A stretch of 64,000 bases of DNA from Vicugna vicugna (Eukaryota). The position numbers and the translations under genes were made by a program. The number at the start of each line of letters is the position of its first letter. The stretch's first letter is position 1. Where the stretch lies: contig MU058444.1 of NCBI GenBank assembly GCA_013265495.1, positions 2,666,001-2,730,000 on the forward strand. Reading direction: 5' to 3'. The notes beneath the pieces were generated by a model that saw nothing but the letters and a program-made list of their open reading frames with translations, was not told the DNA's origin and ran no database searches. Positions 36,001-50,359 of the stretch are shown piece by piece.

Positions 36001-39000
36001 AATCTGAAATTTCTAGGAAGGATTAGAAATGGGAAGATGTTGCTGTCCATGGGGACCGTTTTGGACCTCTTGATTGCTGCATCGATTGACTTAACTTTGT
36101 GTCCCTTTAAAGGTGAGCAGGTGAGGTTAGGCAGATTCTGTTAGTGCTTCCTGAGTGGACCAGGGAGGGAAGGTCAGCTCTGACGGCAGACAGGCCCCCG
36201 CGCAAAGGGTCTCTGTGCCGTTGCAGTGCAGGGTCCGACAGCAGCTCATAATTGACCTTGATGTTTTTTGAAAACCTTCTTGGGACAGTCAGATACTTTT
36301 TATTTGATTTGAAACACATGGATCTGTCTCACGACAGGCTGCTTTTCATGAGAGGAGTACTGAATGGCAGCGAAGGCGAGCACCCAGCCGATCACCTCTG
36401 TGTCGCGGGTGAAGACCCCACTGCACATGAAATAGAACACATGCTGTTCAGTGTCCAGATATGTTCAGGAAGTGGGGGTTTTTGAGAGAAAGCAGGTGTG
36501 GTTGGTAGCCTTACTGCCTGGCTCACTGAAAACAGCTACGTGTAACTTTGAATGGCTTGTTTTTAATTATCTTAAAATAGTTTTCCTGAACCTGACATTT
36601 AAAACTGGTTTCTTATCCCTTGTAGTTTGACATCTGAATTTCTTCTCAATTATTTTATGTCACTGTTGGCTATAAATTCTTTTTGCTGGGCATGAATTAG
36701 AGTTTAATATTTCACTGGTTATTGAAACTGTCAGTTACGTGAATTTATTAGGAACTTCGGGATGCTTTTTTCCAGTTAACATTGGAATGTTGATTTTACA
36801 CTGGCTTCGTGGTTCTATGTGTGTAGAATTTTAAAATAGTTTTTGATGTTTCCTTGTGGATCATTATTTCTTAGATATTTGCAAGTTGGCCTCGAGGCGG
36901 TCGCAGTTTTCTGATCATTTTGGCCCTTAGGCTGTGGTTTCCATTGTGGTTGACCTCGTTTGGGTTCTTGTAGCTCTTTCAGAATGTGCATCCACCATGC
37001 AGTTAGCTCCATTTCTATTACTTAAAATATGAAAATGCCGTTTGTCTGATGTACATGACTGACTTTATACCTTGCCCTCTGTGATATGTTTACACATTAT
37101 TATAAGACCATTAATAAGTTGTAAAGTGATTTTAAATGTGGTGCCTGCAAAATGAAGACATGTGTACCTTTAATCTCTCCTTTTGACACAGGATACATTT
37201 TAGCCAATAGGGAGGCCGTCTGATGACATAGCTGAGGCAGGACACACAGGCGGAAGAAGGGAACACACTGAGGAGCACGTGCGTGGCAGCCTGGAAGCCT
37301 TCGCAGGGCTCCTGACGAGGCATTGCCTGGGACAGGAGTGGAAATGGGCCTGGAGGAGGGCGGAGCGGGCCGTTAGCCACACTCTTAGCACTCATCGGGA
37401 GTTCCAGACCTGAAAGGAACCGAGGGAAAAGATGCATAATCAGACGAAGGGTCACGCTTATCTTCGCAGTGGGGAAGCAAATTGCTTTATGGTCCAAAAG
37501 CATGGAGTAGGCACACTGGAGTCGAATTGTCTCAGGGTTCCAAGCACAGTGTTCTCTTTGAGAGCTGACTAAATGTTTGAGTTAATTTTTAGAGAAAATA
37601 GTAGTCAGTTCAAAAGATTTGCCTCTGTTCTGTTTCATGAGCACTGGGTAATCTTTAAGATCCGTACAGTAGTGTGGACTGCTTATCCTTTCTCGGGGTT
37701 AAATAGTAGGTGATATATATATATATATATATATACTTGTTATGTATGAAATGAGCTTTTTCTATAAACTGAATTTGAGGGATTCTGCTGGTTAGAAGAT
37801 TTCACTTTGTTCTCTATTCTATGTAGGAAAATTTGTGATTTAGACAGAGCTCTTTGTATTCCTGTTACAATTGGACCTTTAACTTTTCTCCCGATGATTT
37901 AAATGAAGGCATTTAAACAGGGCTTCCTCTCCATAGGCAGACTCCACAGATATGATACCTTTATTCTCACAATGTTTTTTGACATCAAATAATTACGGAA
38001 GTCAGCCTTGTATTATTTTATATATATTTGTTGGGTAGCTATAGTATAGTATATGAGGAAAAGTTTCACTGAATTTCCTAGTTAATTAAGGTCTGACCAC
38101 TTATGCACATAGTTGTGAAAAATACACCATGGCAGATGGTGTATTTTTAGTGGCAATATTTTAGAAGTTCACAGAATTTAGATTTTCCTTACCAAGCTAC
38201 AAAACTGGATTCTGTACATTGTAAGACAGTTTAAACCTTAAGATACTCTGACTGGCTGTGAAACTTAGGGCTGAATTAACTTTGAAGGCTAAAATTAACA
38301 TACGCAAAAAATTTTTTAAATTACTTGCTAAAGTCATCTTTTAAAAGATTTTCCTGCAGCTTTTGAACACAGAATCCCTTGTATTCTCATGGTTGATGAC
38401 TCCATGACTATAATTTTGCCCATGAAAAATGTATGATTGTAAATTAGCTGGAGTTGCCCACATAGAGCTATACCCTGATTGTGTTATACTGTTATGTATA
38501 TAGGATATATGTTACTATTTAGATCCTAAGAGAATGAAATTAATTTTACTAAATGCCATCTTTAGTGTTCTGCTATTTTCTGTAGTTAAACATTTACATT
38601 GTAAAGTGGTACTCATGTTTTCTGAAGGTGTTCCCCAAAAGAAGCCACTTAGTTTTTTAATGTGTATATTTTTTCATTTCATAATCTTTCTAGCCTTTTC
38701 CTATTACCCCGAGGGCCCCTGAAAATTTAATTCTTTTCAGCTGAAGTCATATCATGGCCTAGCTCAGAGGCTGGGTCAGATCGCCTACCCTGGTGTTTGG
38801 GTGAGAATGAGAACCAGGGCTGTGGGGAGCCAGTGGAGTTGCAGAGGAAAGCATCTGTGTTCCCGGTCATTGGGCGGCGAACTCAGTCACAGAGGCAGGA
38901 GGAAGTAGTTGCAGTAATGACCGTTGGCCAGTTAGCCCAGGTCCTATCAGTGCAAGCATCCGGCTGCTCCTACCCCACTGAAGCAGCCTGACGGGGCGCT

Positions 39001-39344
39001 AAATTCTTCAGTTACTGACACCTGCCAACTGTCTGGTTTTCTTTCCCTTATTCTTCTCTGGTTAAAGTATGCTCTCCTAATGTCCGAGTCCCACGCAGCT
39101 TTTGGGGAAGACCATCTTCCTGTTGTCTGTATTAGAGCCTGGTAGCCAGTATGTTCCAGCTTCCTTCAGCTGATCCAGGGAGTGAGGCCTCTGTTCGAAT
39201 GTTGGGAAGACCAGAGGACTGTTTCGGAACTTGCACAGAGTCCTTGCTCCCTAGGGAAGGAATACTTGTGGATGAACTTATTAAGGTTTTGGTCTGCTCA
39301 GTGAGCTAAGGAGACACAGGGAGAAAGTTAGTCACTAGTGGCTG

Positions 39345-39505
39345 ACACTGCAGTGTGTTTACCGAGTGCCAGGCACTAAGCTTCCCGGGATTATAGAATT
39401 TAATCCTCATAGCAGCTCCACGAGGAAACTGAAGCTCAGAGAGGTTAACTAACCTCCCCAGAGTTGAGGGATAGAGCTGGAACCCCAAAATCAGACCTCT
39501 AGATT
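39345..39505 (-). mobile_element. MIR SINE remnant
   Basis: gtgccaggcact...tttaatcctcat...gaggaaactgaagctcagagaggttaa. Confidence 0.75.
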
Positions 39506-40294
39506 TTTTTGCAGTGTGCAAATCACAAAGCTTGTTACTCAGTACGTGAGCAGATTTCTTCCCAGCCAGCCCTTAACTGGCCCTGAAATGAAGTGGAGTC
39601 GATGCTGACACGGCCCATTGAAGGGACACACACACACAGATTAGAGATTTACATCAAGGTAGGAAATTAAAACACTGATTTAAATTTTACTAAGCTGTTT
39701 TATTTTAGCTGCCCATTTTTGGCAGAAATGGAAACCAAATACATTAAGTATACCATAAGTAGTTTTCGCAGTGTAACTTGTGTGCTGCCTTTCAGGAAGA
39801 CGTTGCCTTCCCACAGCCTTGTAGGTGAGGGGCTCGTTACCTGGCCCGAGCCTTTTCCATACCTCTTTTTGCTTGTCTTCTCTGGGCCCTTCTTTTAAAC
39901 ATTTCTTTGATCACATTACATGTTTTAGTTCATGTTCAACCAGAGACTCATGTAATATTCAAAGATGAGTGTAAACCAAAATCCAGGAGTAGATTTTATT
40001 CTGAGATAGGGGTAAATTAATTGAACTGGTCAGGACAAGAAAAGTTATGGAGGTCCACTGTTGTCTCGGTTGGGCCTTTTAGGAGGATAGCTTCTTGGTT
40101 CAGTCTAGGGGCTCTGGACTCTCGGGGCTATCTTTATTCCCCAGTCCTGTATTCTGAACATCTCTCTGGAATTTTGGTGGTTGTGACAGTGAGGGTGGGT
40201 GCTGCCGGCGTTCCATGATGGAGACTGGGTGTAGCAGCGCTGGTGATGCACCAGATAGTTCTGGACAGCAGTGACTTTCCTGTGTCCTTGACTT

Positions 40295-40530
40295 TTTTTA
40301 GAAAAAAAATTTTTTCTAATTGAAGTATAGTCAGTTACAATATGTCAATTTCTGGTGTACAGCATCATGTCCCAGTCATGCATATACATACACATATTCA
40401 CTTTCATATTCTTTTTCTTTAAAAGTTATTACAAGATATTAAATACAGTGAAGAAACTTTTTTAATAATCTGTTTTTATATATAGTGGGTAACATTTGCA
40501 AATCTCAAACTTCCAAATTTATCCCTTCAT
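40295..40530 (-). mobile_element. L1 3' UTR fragment, antisense
   Basis: ttgaagtatagtcagttacaat...tttgcaaatctcaaacttccaaatttatcccttc. Confidence 0.8.
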
Positions 40531-41966
40531 TATCATTGTCATTAGGTTATGGGGGAGAGCGGAAGTGAGGCTCACAGGATCGGACAGGGCAGGAGGGGAT
40601 TGATGGAGGGTTATGGGGCCTGGGCTGCCGGGTTATAACCCGGGTGATGAAGGTGACTGCAGGAGCCCACTGAGTGAGGAAGTGGAGAGGCCAGACCCAG
40701 TCTGAGATGTGTGACTGCCGGGTAATACTGACACCTCTTCACGCATCTGTTGGTGAACCTGCCTGTTAACCGCGCATGAGAATGAGTATATTAAAGCCTA
40801 TTAATTAATGAGATGAATTAATTAGCACTAAGACCCTCAGGGTGAAAATAACTCCTGCCACTCGTGATTGTCTCACAGACCAACAGATGTGATGCAGTGG
40901 CAGGGAGGTGGACCCGCACATCGTACTAGTTGTGGTCCTGGTCTAGCTATTGTGGGATGGTTGTGAAAGATGGGGCCCTTGAGGGACGTGGCGGGGAGGG
41001 TACATGGGACCTCTCTGTATCCTCTTTGCAACTTTTTGTGAGTCTATAATTTTAAAATTAAAAGTTAAAGAAGGAAAAAGGATCGTCAAGTGATAGGATG
41101 TCAAGACTTATGGTGGAACTCTTTTAGGATTTTGCCAGTTTCTTTTTTAAGGATGAGAATTTGTTGAGTGAATGACTGACCACATGAAGACCTGAGTGAG
41201 GGTCTGAACTATAGCCAAGGCTGTGGCAGTGGAAAGAAGTGGGCAAGTTCAGTAGTCGATACGGAAGTAGCCTGAAGGTTTGATGACTAATGGAATGTGA
41301 ATCGAGGATGCCTTCAAGCTTTTTGGTGCATAGAATACAAGAATAGTTTGTAATGCCAGTGACGTAGGGAAGGTAGAGATAGGGGAACGTGTTTGGGATA
41401 GGAAAGTACTTTTGGTTCTGAAGGTATTGCTGGTGAATGCTGGTGGGCCAAGTAAAACAGGCAGTGGACAATTCAAAATGTTCAGCTGTGTTCAAGAAGT
41501 TGTGGTTGGAAGTATATAATCAAAATACCACATGACAGTAATATTTGAAATGATCAGAAAGAAGATTGCTGAGGGAGAGGGTATGAGTGAGAAGACCTGG
41601 GAAAATTAATCTCTTAGTGGATTTCTTTTGCCCCTGGGTAAGTTACCTAACTTTTCAAAGCCTCGTGTTCTTCTCCATAGAGTAGAGAACATCATGGTAT
41701 ATCCCTCACAGGATTGTTGTGAAACCGAGTGAAGTTATCTGTGTAAACTGCATAATGCTTGGCATGCAGTAAATACTTACGGTCAGCTAATCTTATTATT
41801 TATTAAGCACTTCGATTATGTATATAAAACCAAAACTGGGCAATACTTCTAACTTTAAAAGTTGTATTGAATGTTTAAAATTAAGCAAGCGATCTAACTA
41901 GCAGAGGCATTTGGTTTTTGAAGCTCTGGTCAGTTGTAATCTTAGAATTAATTTTTGTGATAATTA

Positions 41967-42176
41967 CAGTTGGTCCTTGAACAACGCGGTGGGTGGAGAC
42001 GACGATCTCTGCCCTATTCTCGCAGTCACACATCCACTTAAAGCTTTACAGTCGGCCGAATCTGCAGCTTCCCATCCTCGGACTCAACAGACCATAGATA
42101 GTGCAGAACTGTAAAAAAAAATTCCCATGTCAGTGGTACTATGTGGTTTAAACCCGTGTTGTTCAAGTGCCAACTG
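41967..42176. mobile_element. Tigger2-type (TcMar) non-autonomous DNA transposon / MITE
   Basis: 23-bp TIRs cagttggtccttgaacaacgcgg / ccgtgttgttcaagtgccaactg (20/23 complementary), TA on both flanks. Confidence 0.88.
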
Positions 42177-44094
42177 TATATAATTCACTTTAAGGTTTTT
42201 TACAGAACGCTCTCATTTTTCTTGACTATTAATACCGCTGTGATGCAAACTTTAGTACAGCAGTTTCACCTTCCCCTTTCTTCTCTGCTTTCCAATTATA
42301 TAATTCCTTCATCTTTTGGGACTTAGAAACTCTTGGTTGAATGTATTTTCCTTTGATTAGGTTGAGAAGGGGCTAAATGAGGGATGATGATACTGAAATT
42401 GAATCTTGTACTTGCTGGTTTCTGCTGAGGACGCTGGCTGCCTGTGGCATGTTTCTTTTCTCCGTGCAGGACTGTCATGCTCTGGAAGTGTCGTGTGGGG
42501 GAGCTGGAGCACTGGGCTTTACCTCCGCAGTCCAGGCAGTGTAGGCGGCAGAGTGCCGAGATGGAGTTCTCGCTGGGCAAGTGTTCATGTTTCTTCCTTC
42601 TGCTTCAGTAGTAAATGGTCAGAGGGGTTTATTAAATAGTAAATGAGTAAGACTAAATGTTAGGCACCAAATACCTAGAGTTTGAACTGTTTCCATTTGC
42701 ACTTTAGTTGTCCTGTTGGTATTTTAAGGGTTAGGAGAAATCAGTATTTTCACCTGGATATATGTCGTATCACTTCAGAGCCCCAGTTGCTCCAAATTAG
42801 GCTGTCGATTCCTTGCCTAATTGAGGCCCACTATGAAATGCTTAAAAAAAAGCAGCCTTTCTGGATGCAGGCTTGATTTTTTTCCAGTCAGTGAGCTGAC
42901 TGCTGCTTTCTGAGGGCCTGGAGATGCGGAGCACTGTAAGTTGTATTAAAGATACTTCCACTTGAGCAAGTCCTTCAACAGACAACTTAGGTACTGTTTG
43001 GTTGATGGGTGTATGTCAGAGCTGTTGTATGGGTTTTCCAGATACAGGGTGTTCAGAGATTCAGTAGGATCTGTGTACAGATGGACTGGAATTTGGATTT
43101 GGAGAGGACAGTCCCTTGTTCATTTTACTCTGTCTTATTTTTTTGTTTCGTTTGTTCTGTACCCTTGAAAATGGATTAGAATTCGTTTTAGTGTCCCTTT
43201 TGAATATAACCTTGGCATGATTTCTTTTTTTCTTTTTATTTACCACTTCCTCTGACATACAGGCATGCGTACACACATGCACATAAATGGAGAGCTACAG
43301 TTTGGGCAGAATTTATAGCAGGATAAAGATATGATTTATTTGAAGTTTTTAGTAGGTTGCTGTCTGTAGTCATGAGAAAAGTGCTTTCCAATTTTGCTGC
43401 CTCTTTTTTTTTTCTTTTTTTGGCAAGAGGATTGATTCTAGAATAGAGGGGCTGTCTCCAAGACCACATCTTCATCCGAAGCTGGCTTCAGTACATGTTA
43501 GAAATGATACATGCTTCCTTCACTGGCCCTTAATCGCTTGCTATTTATTACCTGGCTAATGTTCATCAAATCCCAGAGTTGCTTACTTTTGTTTTGTTAG
43601 CTAATGGGGTGTTTTGGGTCAGTGAGGAGAGGAAATGGTTTTTTAAAAAAGTCAGCGTTACTCTTTCTTTTAGACAATGTGGTTGCTGTAGGTGAAAGCA
43701 ATGGGCTAGCTTGATTTGTTGTGACAGCAGCTTGGCTGCCTTACTGTGTGCTGGTTTCTCTTTGTCTGACAAAGAAAACTGACAGGTTGCACACCTTTTT
43801 ATGAGTGCTTTTCTTTAAAACTGTGTGCTTGAATGCCTAGTGACGTTAACTTTGGCTTCTGCAGTACTGGATGGCTAAAATGTCCCCTCCCTCCCTCTCT
43901 CCTCCTTCCTTCCTTCCTTTTTTTTTTTTTTCATTTTTCAGTTTTATTAGGTAGAATTGTTACAGTTTGACTGCACATATACAATATATTGCATGTAAAT
44001 ACGTAAACACAATATACTGCACATATTTAAAAAAATTTACATGTATGTACTGTTCATTGTTTCTAAGAATGTTTAGAGCTTTAGACTTACATAG

Positions 44095-44606
44095 TTATTA
44101 AAGGAATAAAGCCAACCACAAAATAAGAATGAATTCAAAAAGATACATACACCCTGCTATTAACAGCAACATTCTTTATAATTGCCAAGATATGGAAGAT
44201 CTTAAGAGCACATCAATAGATGAATGGATAAAGAAGATGCAGCATATATATATATGTAATGGAATACAACTCAGCCATTAGAAAGAAAGATATTTTGCCA
44301 TTTGCTTTTTTTTCCTTTTCACTTCAAACACCAGAATTTTATAACTGGCATAAACATTTCTATTTTATCAAAAACCAACAAAATACCTAGAAATAAACTT
44401 AACCAAGGAGGTTACCTATACTCTGAAAACTGTAAAACATTGGTGAAGGAAATTGAAGATGATGCAAAGAAATGGAAAGATGTCTGGTGCTCTTGGACTG
44501 GAAGCATCAACACCATCAAAATGGCCGTACTACCCAAAGCCATCCACAGATCCAGTGCAACCCCTGTCAACACTCATGACATTTTTCACAGAACTAGAAC
44601 AAAGAA
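44095..44606 (+). mobile_element. Two L1 ORF2 fragments in scrambled order
   Basis: 44095-44305 is ORF2 C-terminal (attgccaagatatggaag, gaatggataaagaagatg); 44370-44606 is post-RT ORF2 (YLYSENCKTLVKEIEDDAKKWKD). Confidence 0.8.
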
Positions 44607-46859
44607 AACTTTTTTTAAAAAAATGCTATTTGAATTTAGTTTGGGTAAAATTGACCTCTGGAGGAGTTGATGGAGAAAATTGAAATAAAATGAATTTTTC
44701 TTCTCTTCTGGGCATTGTGTTAATTTGCCTCAAATGACAGAATTAGCCTAAATGTTGTGAAATGCTAGGTTTTAGCTCTTAATTTATGTTTCTTTTAACT
44801 ATATGTGGTAAAATTATATAATCAATAAAGATGTAAAGAAATATCTAACTGATAAATTCACCCTGTTTCACCTTCTTAAACCTAAGAAGCATACTTTGCT
44901 TAAATTATGCAAAATGCTAATTAGTTTAATTTGCTAATCATCTCAGTTTGATTAGAGGCAGATGCTGATTATCTGTGCAAGTCTAAATGGACCTTTCAAA
45001 GATGGCTTTTGTTATTTAAAATCAACTTGTCAAACTAATGAAGACATAAATTTAAGGAGTAACAAATACCAGTAGTAATCCATAGACTTTCCGTGTAACG
45101 CAGGGCTGGGTAATCCACAAGCGCTGTGCGCCGAGGATTCGACTTGATATATACAATGTCATTATGAATTTCATTATTCCCAGAGTTGAAGATTTGCACT
45201 TTGTTTGGCTTTTTTACTGAGCTCATTAGAGTCTCTGGTCATAACTTTGTTGGTCCTTTGGGTCTCTGATTTTTTTTACTGGCTCTTTTTACCCCCTACT
45301 GTGAGTCAGACAGTGCAAGGGGGCCCATGCAGCCCTGCGCATGTGCATTCAAACCAAGTGCAGAAACAGGCCGGTGTTTCGGATGGGTCTGCTACTTCTC
45401 ACAGTTGATCACATCTTTCCCTTAACAGATCTGAGTGTCGTGGCAGGAAGTAGTCCACAGGTATGGGTCAGCGTTGATGCCTGGAAGCTGGGGGAGCATC
45501 TTAGCTCAAAAACTGGGCAATAATTTGAATCCTAGTCTTTGTGTTCTCTTTAGCTTGTCTTTGTCTCAGGAAGAGCAAAGACAGAGGACTATTCATAGAC
45601 TGGTCAAGTGTCTGTGGCTGATTTAAGGTTAAGATGAGGGAAAGCAGAGTATAAACTGCATTACCCCTAATCTGAGTCAGATGCAAAAGGCTCAGTAACA
45701 GAAAATGTCTGGGGTTTTGCATTGGAGACCTAGGGTGTCAGGAAAGAGGGTCTGAGGGGCAGGGTCTGAATCCTGCTTTGACCTGCACTGGATCAAGGGC
45801 AGTGTGCTGTTTCGGTGGGGATAATCCGAGGGCGTCTGGCCCAGGGGTGAAAAGCGCAGGATCTGTGCCGGGCCCCCCACCCCCGGAGTGGCATACGGCG
45901 CTGCCACTGACTAGTTTCTCTTTTCCCATTTGGATTCCTTGCCTGCTAATAGAAAATGTAACAGTGCTCCCTCCAGAAGTTTGGGAGGCTTCAATAAGGT
46001 AATATATGTAAGGTGCTTAGAATAGTGCCTGGCAGGTGGTAAGCACACAGTGAGTGCTAACTCATATTAATGTTTTTATTTTTAGTTGCCAGTCTAACTT
46101 CTGCATGAGATTCACAATAGATGATGTATGTGGAGAATGCTGGGTTCTTTCCCCCAACATCCCTTTGAGTCATTTAAAAATGATGGCTCCAAGTACATGC
46201 ACACTAACAAAAAATTATAAGAACTTCAGTCATATAAGATAAGCCAATAGAATTTGGAATATTAAGAGTTTTATTACAAGGAATAAGCACAGATTTGAGT
46301 CCAAATCTTGCTGTTCTGTGTGTCACATGAGGGGTTAGGGATATGTACGGGTAAGTGTTTGACAAGTGGGTGATCTCCAACCGTGAGCACTTTTTACAGT
46401 TTAATTCGGAGGGTAAAAGGAGAAGTTATTTAAAATTCAGCTATTTTCTAGCTCCCAGAAGATGAAAAGCAAGTTACTGTGTAAGAGGATTAAGGGAAAT
46501 AGAGAGCTATGGGTTTTGCTCCTGCAGGTCCTTTGACCCCTGGAATGTGGTGGGAGTGGCAGGCCACCCGTGTCTGGGTACAGACCCGGAGAACTGGCAG
46601 CTTCCACTTCCTGAGTCTGACGCACTTTCTTGGGAGTCCTGCTCGAGATACCCTGTAAGAAGTCAAACTAGAATTGCTAAACTGACTTGCAGGGCAGATC
46701 TGTTCTGAAACCAGCATAAACCAGCAGCTGCCAAGCTGAAGAGACTGTGTCTCGTGCCTCAGCAGTGCCAGCTGAGCCCAGCGCTGAAACAGTCCCCACC
46801 ACAGGGCCAGACGTGTGCGAAGCCCCCTTGGACTCTTCAAATTCATCTCTTCACTAGCT

Positions 46860-47016
46860 CTGTGCCCCCTGTAACCCCATTTAAGGCCACATGGAGCAGA
46901 TGAATTGCCAGCTATATCCTGTCCTAATTTCTGAGCAATAAAATTGGGAGATAGAATAAAATGATTATTGTTTTAAGCTTTGGGGTCATTTGTACTGCAG
47001 TAATAGATAGCTGAAA
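46860..47016 (+). mobile_element. MLT1 (MaLR) LTR 3' fragment
   Basis: aataaaatgattattgttttaagc..tttggggtcatttgt..gcagtaatagatagctgaaa is a typical MLT1 3' end. Confidence 0.65.
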
Positions 47017-50000
47017 TCGATAGCTAAACTTGAGCTTTTGGTTTCTTGAATTTGAGCTGAAAACAAAACAAAATACCCTCAAACAACCCTTCCGTGATTC
47101 GGAAAGACTATGAAATGTAGTGAAAATAATCTGACTCAAAACTATGGTTCATAGTATGAAAAATGAGATTCTGATAATTAGGTGAGTAGAGAGAGAACTC
47201 TGAGGGAGAGCAGATTACTCAGAGAGGGCAGAAATGGGAAAGCTGTTGATAAATGGTTTCGCCCTTTTGGAAATTTGATTGCTGAAGCTGCTTGGAAAGA
47301 GCTCACTGAGACGTTTACGGCTTTTTAGTTTTGAGGAAGAGTGGCTTGCCACATCCCTGAGACCTGCCAGGAGCCTCAGGGTCCTTTGAGGTCTTCTTAG
47401 TTCCAGAGATACCTTTTTATTATACAGTGCTCTTGCCCCGTCAGAGTTTGCCAGAATTTAAAGTAGACCGAATTACTGCGTTCATTTCATATAGACTAGA
47501 TTGTGTCTAGCCCTTTCTTCTTGCTAACTTCAGTTCAGCTAAGAAATAGTGAACTGGGAGATGTGTTCAGGGCACTGTGAGGTGCGATGGGCTATTTAAG
47601 GCACTTTCTTAAGTAGGAAGGGGTATTGATAAATGAGTAAAAGCAATCATCAGTTAAACCCCATGCCATAAGGCTCGTTGACTTTTGTGTGCCTTTTTGA
47701 AATGGTTGCAGATTTTTTTTTTTTTTATTTTCAGCATTGAATAGCTTTGTATTGGCTCTTAATGTACGGAGTTTGATTGTGGTAGGTAAGGGAGAGAGAC
47801 TTTAATTTATGTGGCAAATCTGTTGAAGTTATTTCTTATTGAAAGACTGAAAATAAAAATCTATTTGTAAGTCCAGGGAAGCAGGACAGTTGAGGCCTAA
47901 GAAAACCCCTTTGTGTTGGCAGACACATTTGCTGCTATTATAACACTTTGCTTAAGAAATAGGAGAATCGTGGGTGAAAGGAAACCCATACACAGCTGTT
48001 TGCATTTGCTGCTCAGCTTCCTGGATTCCTTAAGCGGTATCACTTTTGGGTCGTAATGATCTTCCTGGAGGCAAGAAACAAAGTGAATGAGATGCAGCAT
48101 AAACTCCCCTTGTAAATTTCCAAGGCTGCTCTTACTGATTTTTCTATAAAATAGAAGTAATAATTAATCATTTTGCCCTTTTTGGTAGCTTAAAAGTAAC
48201 AGTAGCAGGGAAAACACAGATAAGGAACCAAGTGGCTGATATTTTGAATAAAAGATCAGTGTTAAGTTCATTGCAGAGAACAATGTATGAATTCAGTGTG
48301 TTCACTCTCTTTCTGCAATTTTGAGGCCGCAGAATGAAAATGTCTACGCTGAGATAGGGGAGGATTCAGGCTTTGGAGGGAAATTGTATTATATAATATA
48401 ATACAGTGTGGATAGGATACGTATTTACAATATTATGAGAATGACGGCTGTTACAGAGAGGCTCACATTAATGTTGTAGGCTCCTCACGGCTGAAATGAG
48501 CCCTTTCCTCCTATTTCTGCTGCAGAGGAGTGGAAGGAGGGCTGTGAAGGGGCAGGGCCTGGAGGAGTGGCCTGCCGGTGCAGGCAGTGCTGCTTCCTGT
48601 TCTGCCCTGAGGGGGGCGTCCCTGAGAGCTAGAGAGCTAGAGAGCTGGCTGTCCCTGCGGGGTGGTGTCACGGCCTCTTCCTGTATTTGAGTCCACATTG
48701 TAAGTGCAGGTGAAGCATTGAACATTTAGGAGTGTAATTAGGGGTGGAACTGTAAGTTGAGATGAGGGTATAAAGGAGGGGAGGACTTGAAGTAGGATGA
48801 ATGGGTGAGTAGTGTCTGTATGAGGTGATGGGGACACTTGTCTGAGTGTCTGTCAGCATCAGGAGGTGGCTTAGAAGAACCTGAATCTACAACCCCCTTC
48901 CTACCAGGATACCCTAAATTAACACAGAGTTTGTAAGAAGTATGCTTGCTAGGCAAATGTGTCCTTTAGATCGATCCCCAAGCTGCCAGAACTCTACTCT
49001 GAAAGTCCATGCTACATAGAAATTCTAGAGCCATGCCTGTCCTTTATATGACTTGATAGCCAATGTTTAATACATGCTTTCTGTGTATCCAGCATTAGGT
49101 TGTGTGTGCTGGAGGGTTTGCATGAACATGTTTATAGCTTGGGAGAGCAGGAAGAGACTTCAGAAACAGAACAAGGTAAAATATTTGATGGAGTCAGTGA
49201 GAGTTACAAAAAAAGTAAAGAGGATATTGCTGTGGGCTGGGTTAATCTAGGAAGGCGTCATTGAGCTAATAGTATTTCAACTGAATCTAAAAGACAAAAA
49301 GGCAGAGAGGAGGTGACAGAGATACTCTGATGCTGGAGTATCCTGCCACCCACAGCCTCAGATGTTGGAATAATTTTCTAAAGAACTGAAATTGTTGAAT
49401 TCGGTCAACAAATAGGACACCTTTTTCAAAGCCATAAAACTGATTTCTAATATTTTCAGTTACAGATACATGTATCTGAGCATCTCTTGGAATAAACATC
49501 TCCTTTCCCTTCGTCCAGGCACAAAAAATATGTAGTGTTCTCCTGTCTGCTGTCTGCTTGGATTTGAAATATACAATAGAAATATAATCACACCCAAGTT
49601 ATTAAAAAGCTGGATTTCCAAAGATTGGATTTCCCATGGCCCATAAGAGAAAATGTAAACAACTCATTTTTTTAACGACCTTATTTTCTCCTACTCTTTT
49701 ATTTCATTCTCCATTTGCTTGAATACATATGACTTTACCATTGGTAAGTATTGACTCTAAGCAGGTTTCTTCCTTTCCTCTTCAGCTAAGTAGAGCCTTA
49801 TTTTTGTAATATCCTACTGTTAGCTGCTTATGTTGGAAAGCTTCCATTGTATCCCGTCTTTCATGAAATTGGAGTTTGGCTGCCTCTCTTCCACTGATCT
49901 TGAAAATATCCAAAATGCTGCATAGTTAAAAAACTCAGAACTAAGTAAAGTTGAACAATTTTCTACTGGGCTGCATTGTAAAAGTGGGAGGGAAAATGAC

Positions 50001-50359
50001 TTTCTTTTGCTTTTTTTCAAGACATTTGCCAGTTGGAGCCTAAACAGAGATTGAGTTTGGAGGCCTTTAATTGTGCACCAAAAGGTTATTGCAGAAGATA
50101 ACATAAGGGGGATGTCATAAAGCAGAAAATTTGAAGCTCAGTAATAGAAAGCTGTGTGAAGACGTAGGCATTCTGCCAATTAACTGGGTGCTTGAAATAA
50201 ATAGTTTGGAATTAAAGAAACAGTTGCAGATTTCATAGACTTGATTAACTTAGTTCACAGGAAAACTGGAGATGGGGAACCCACTTCAGATAACTTTAGT
50301 TGCCAGAAACTAACAATACTGTAAATAACTAAACTTCAATTTAAAAAAAAAAAGAGGGG

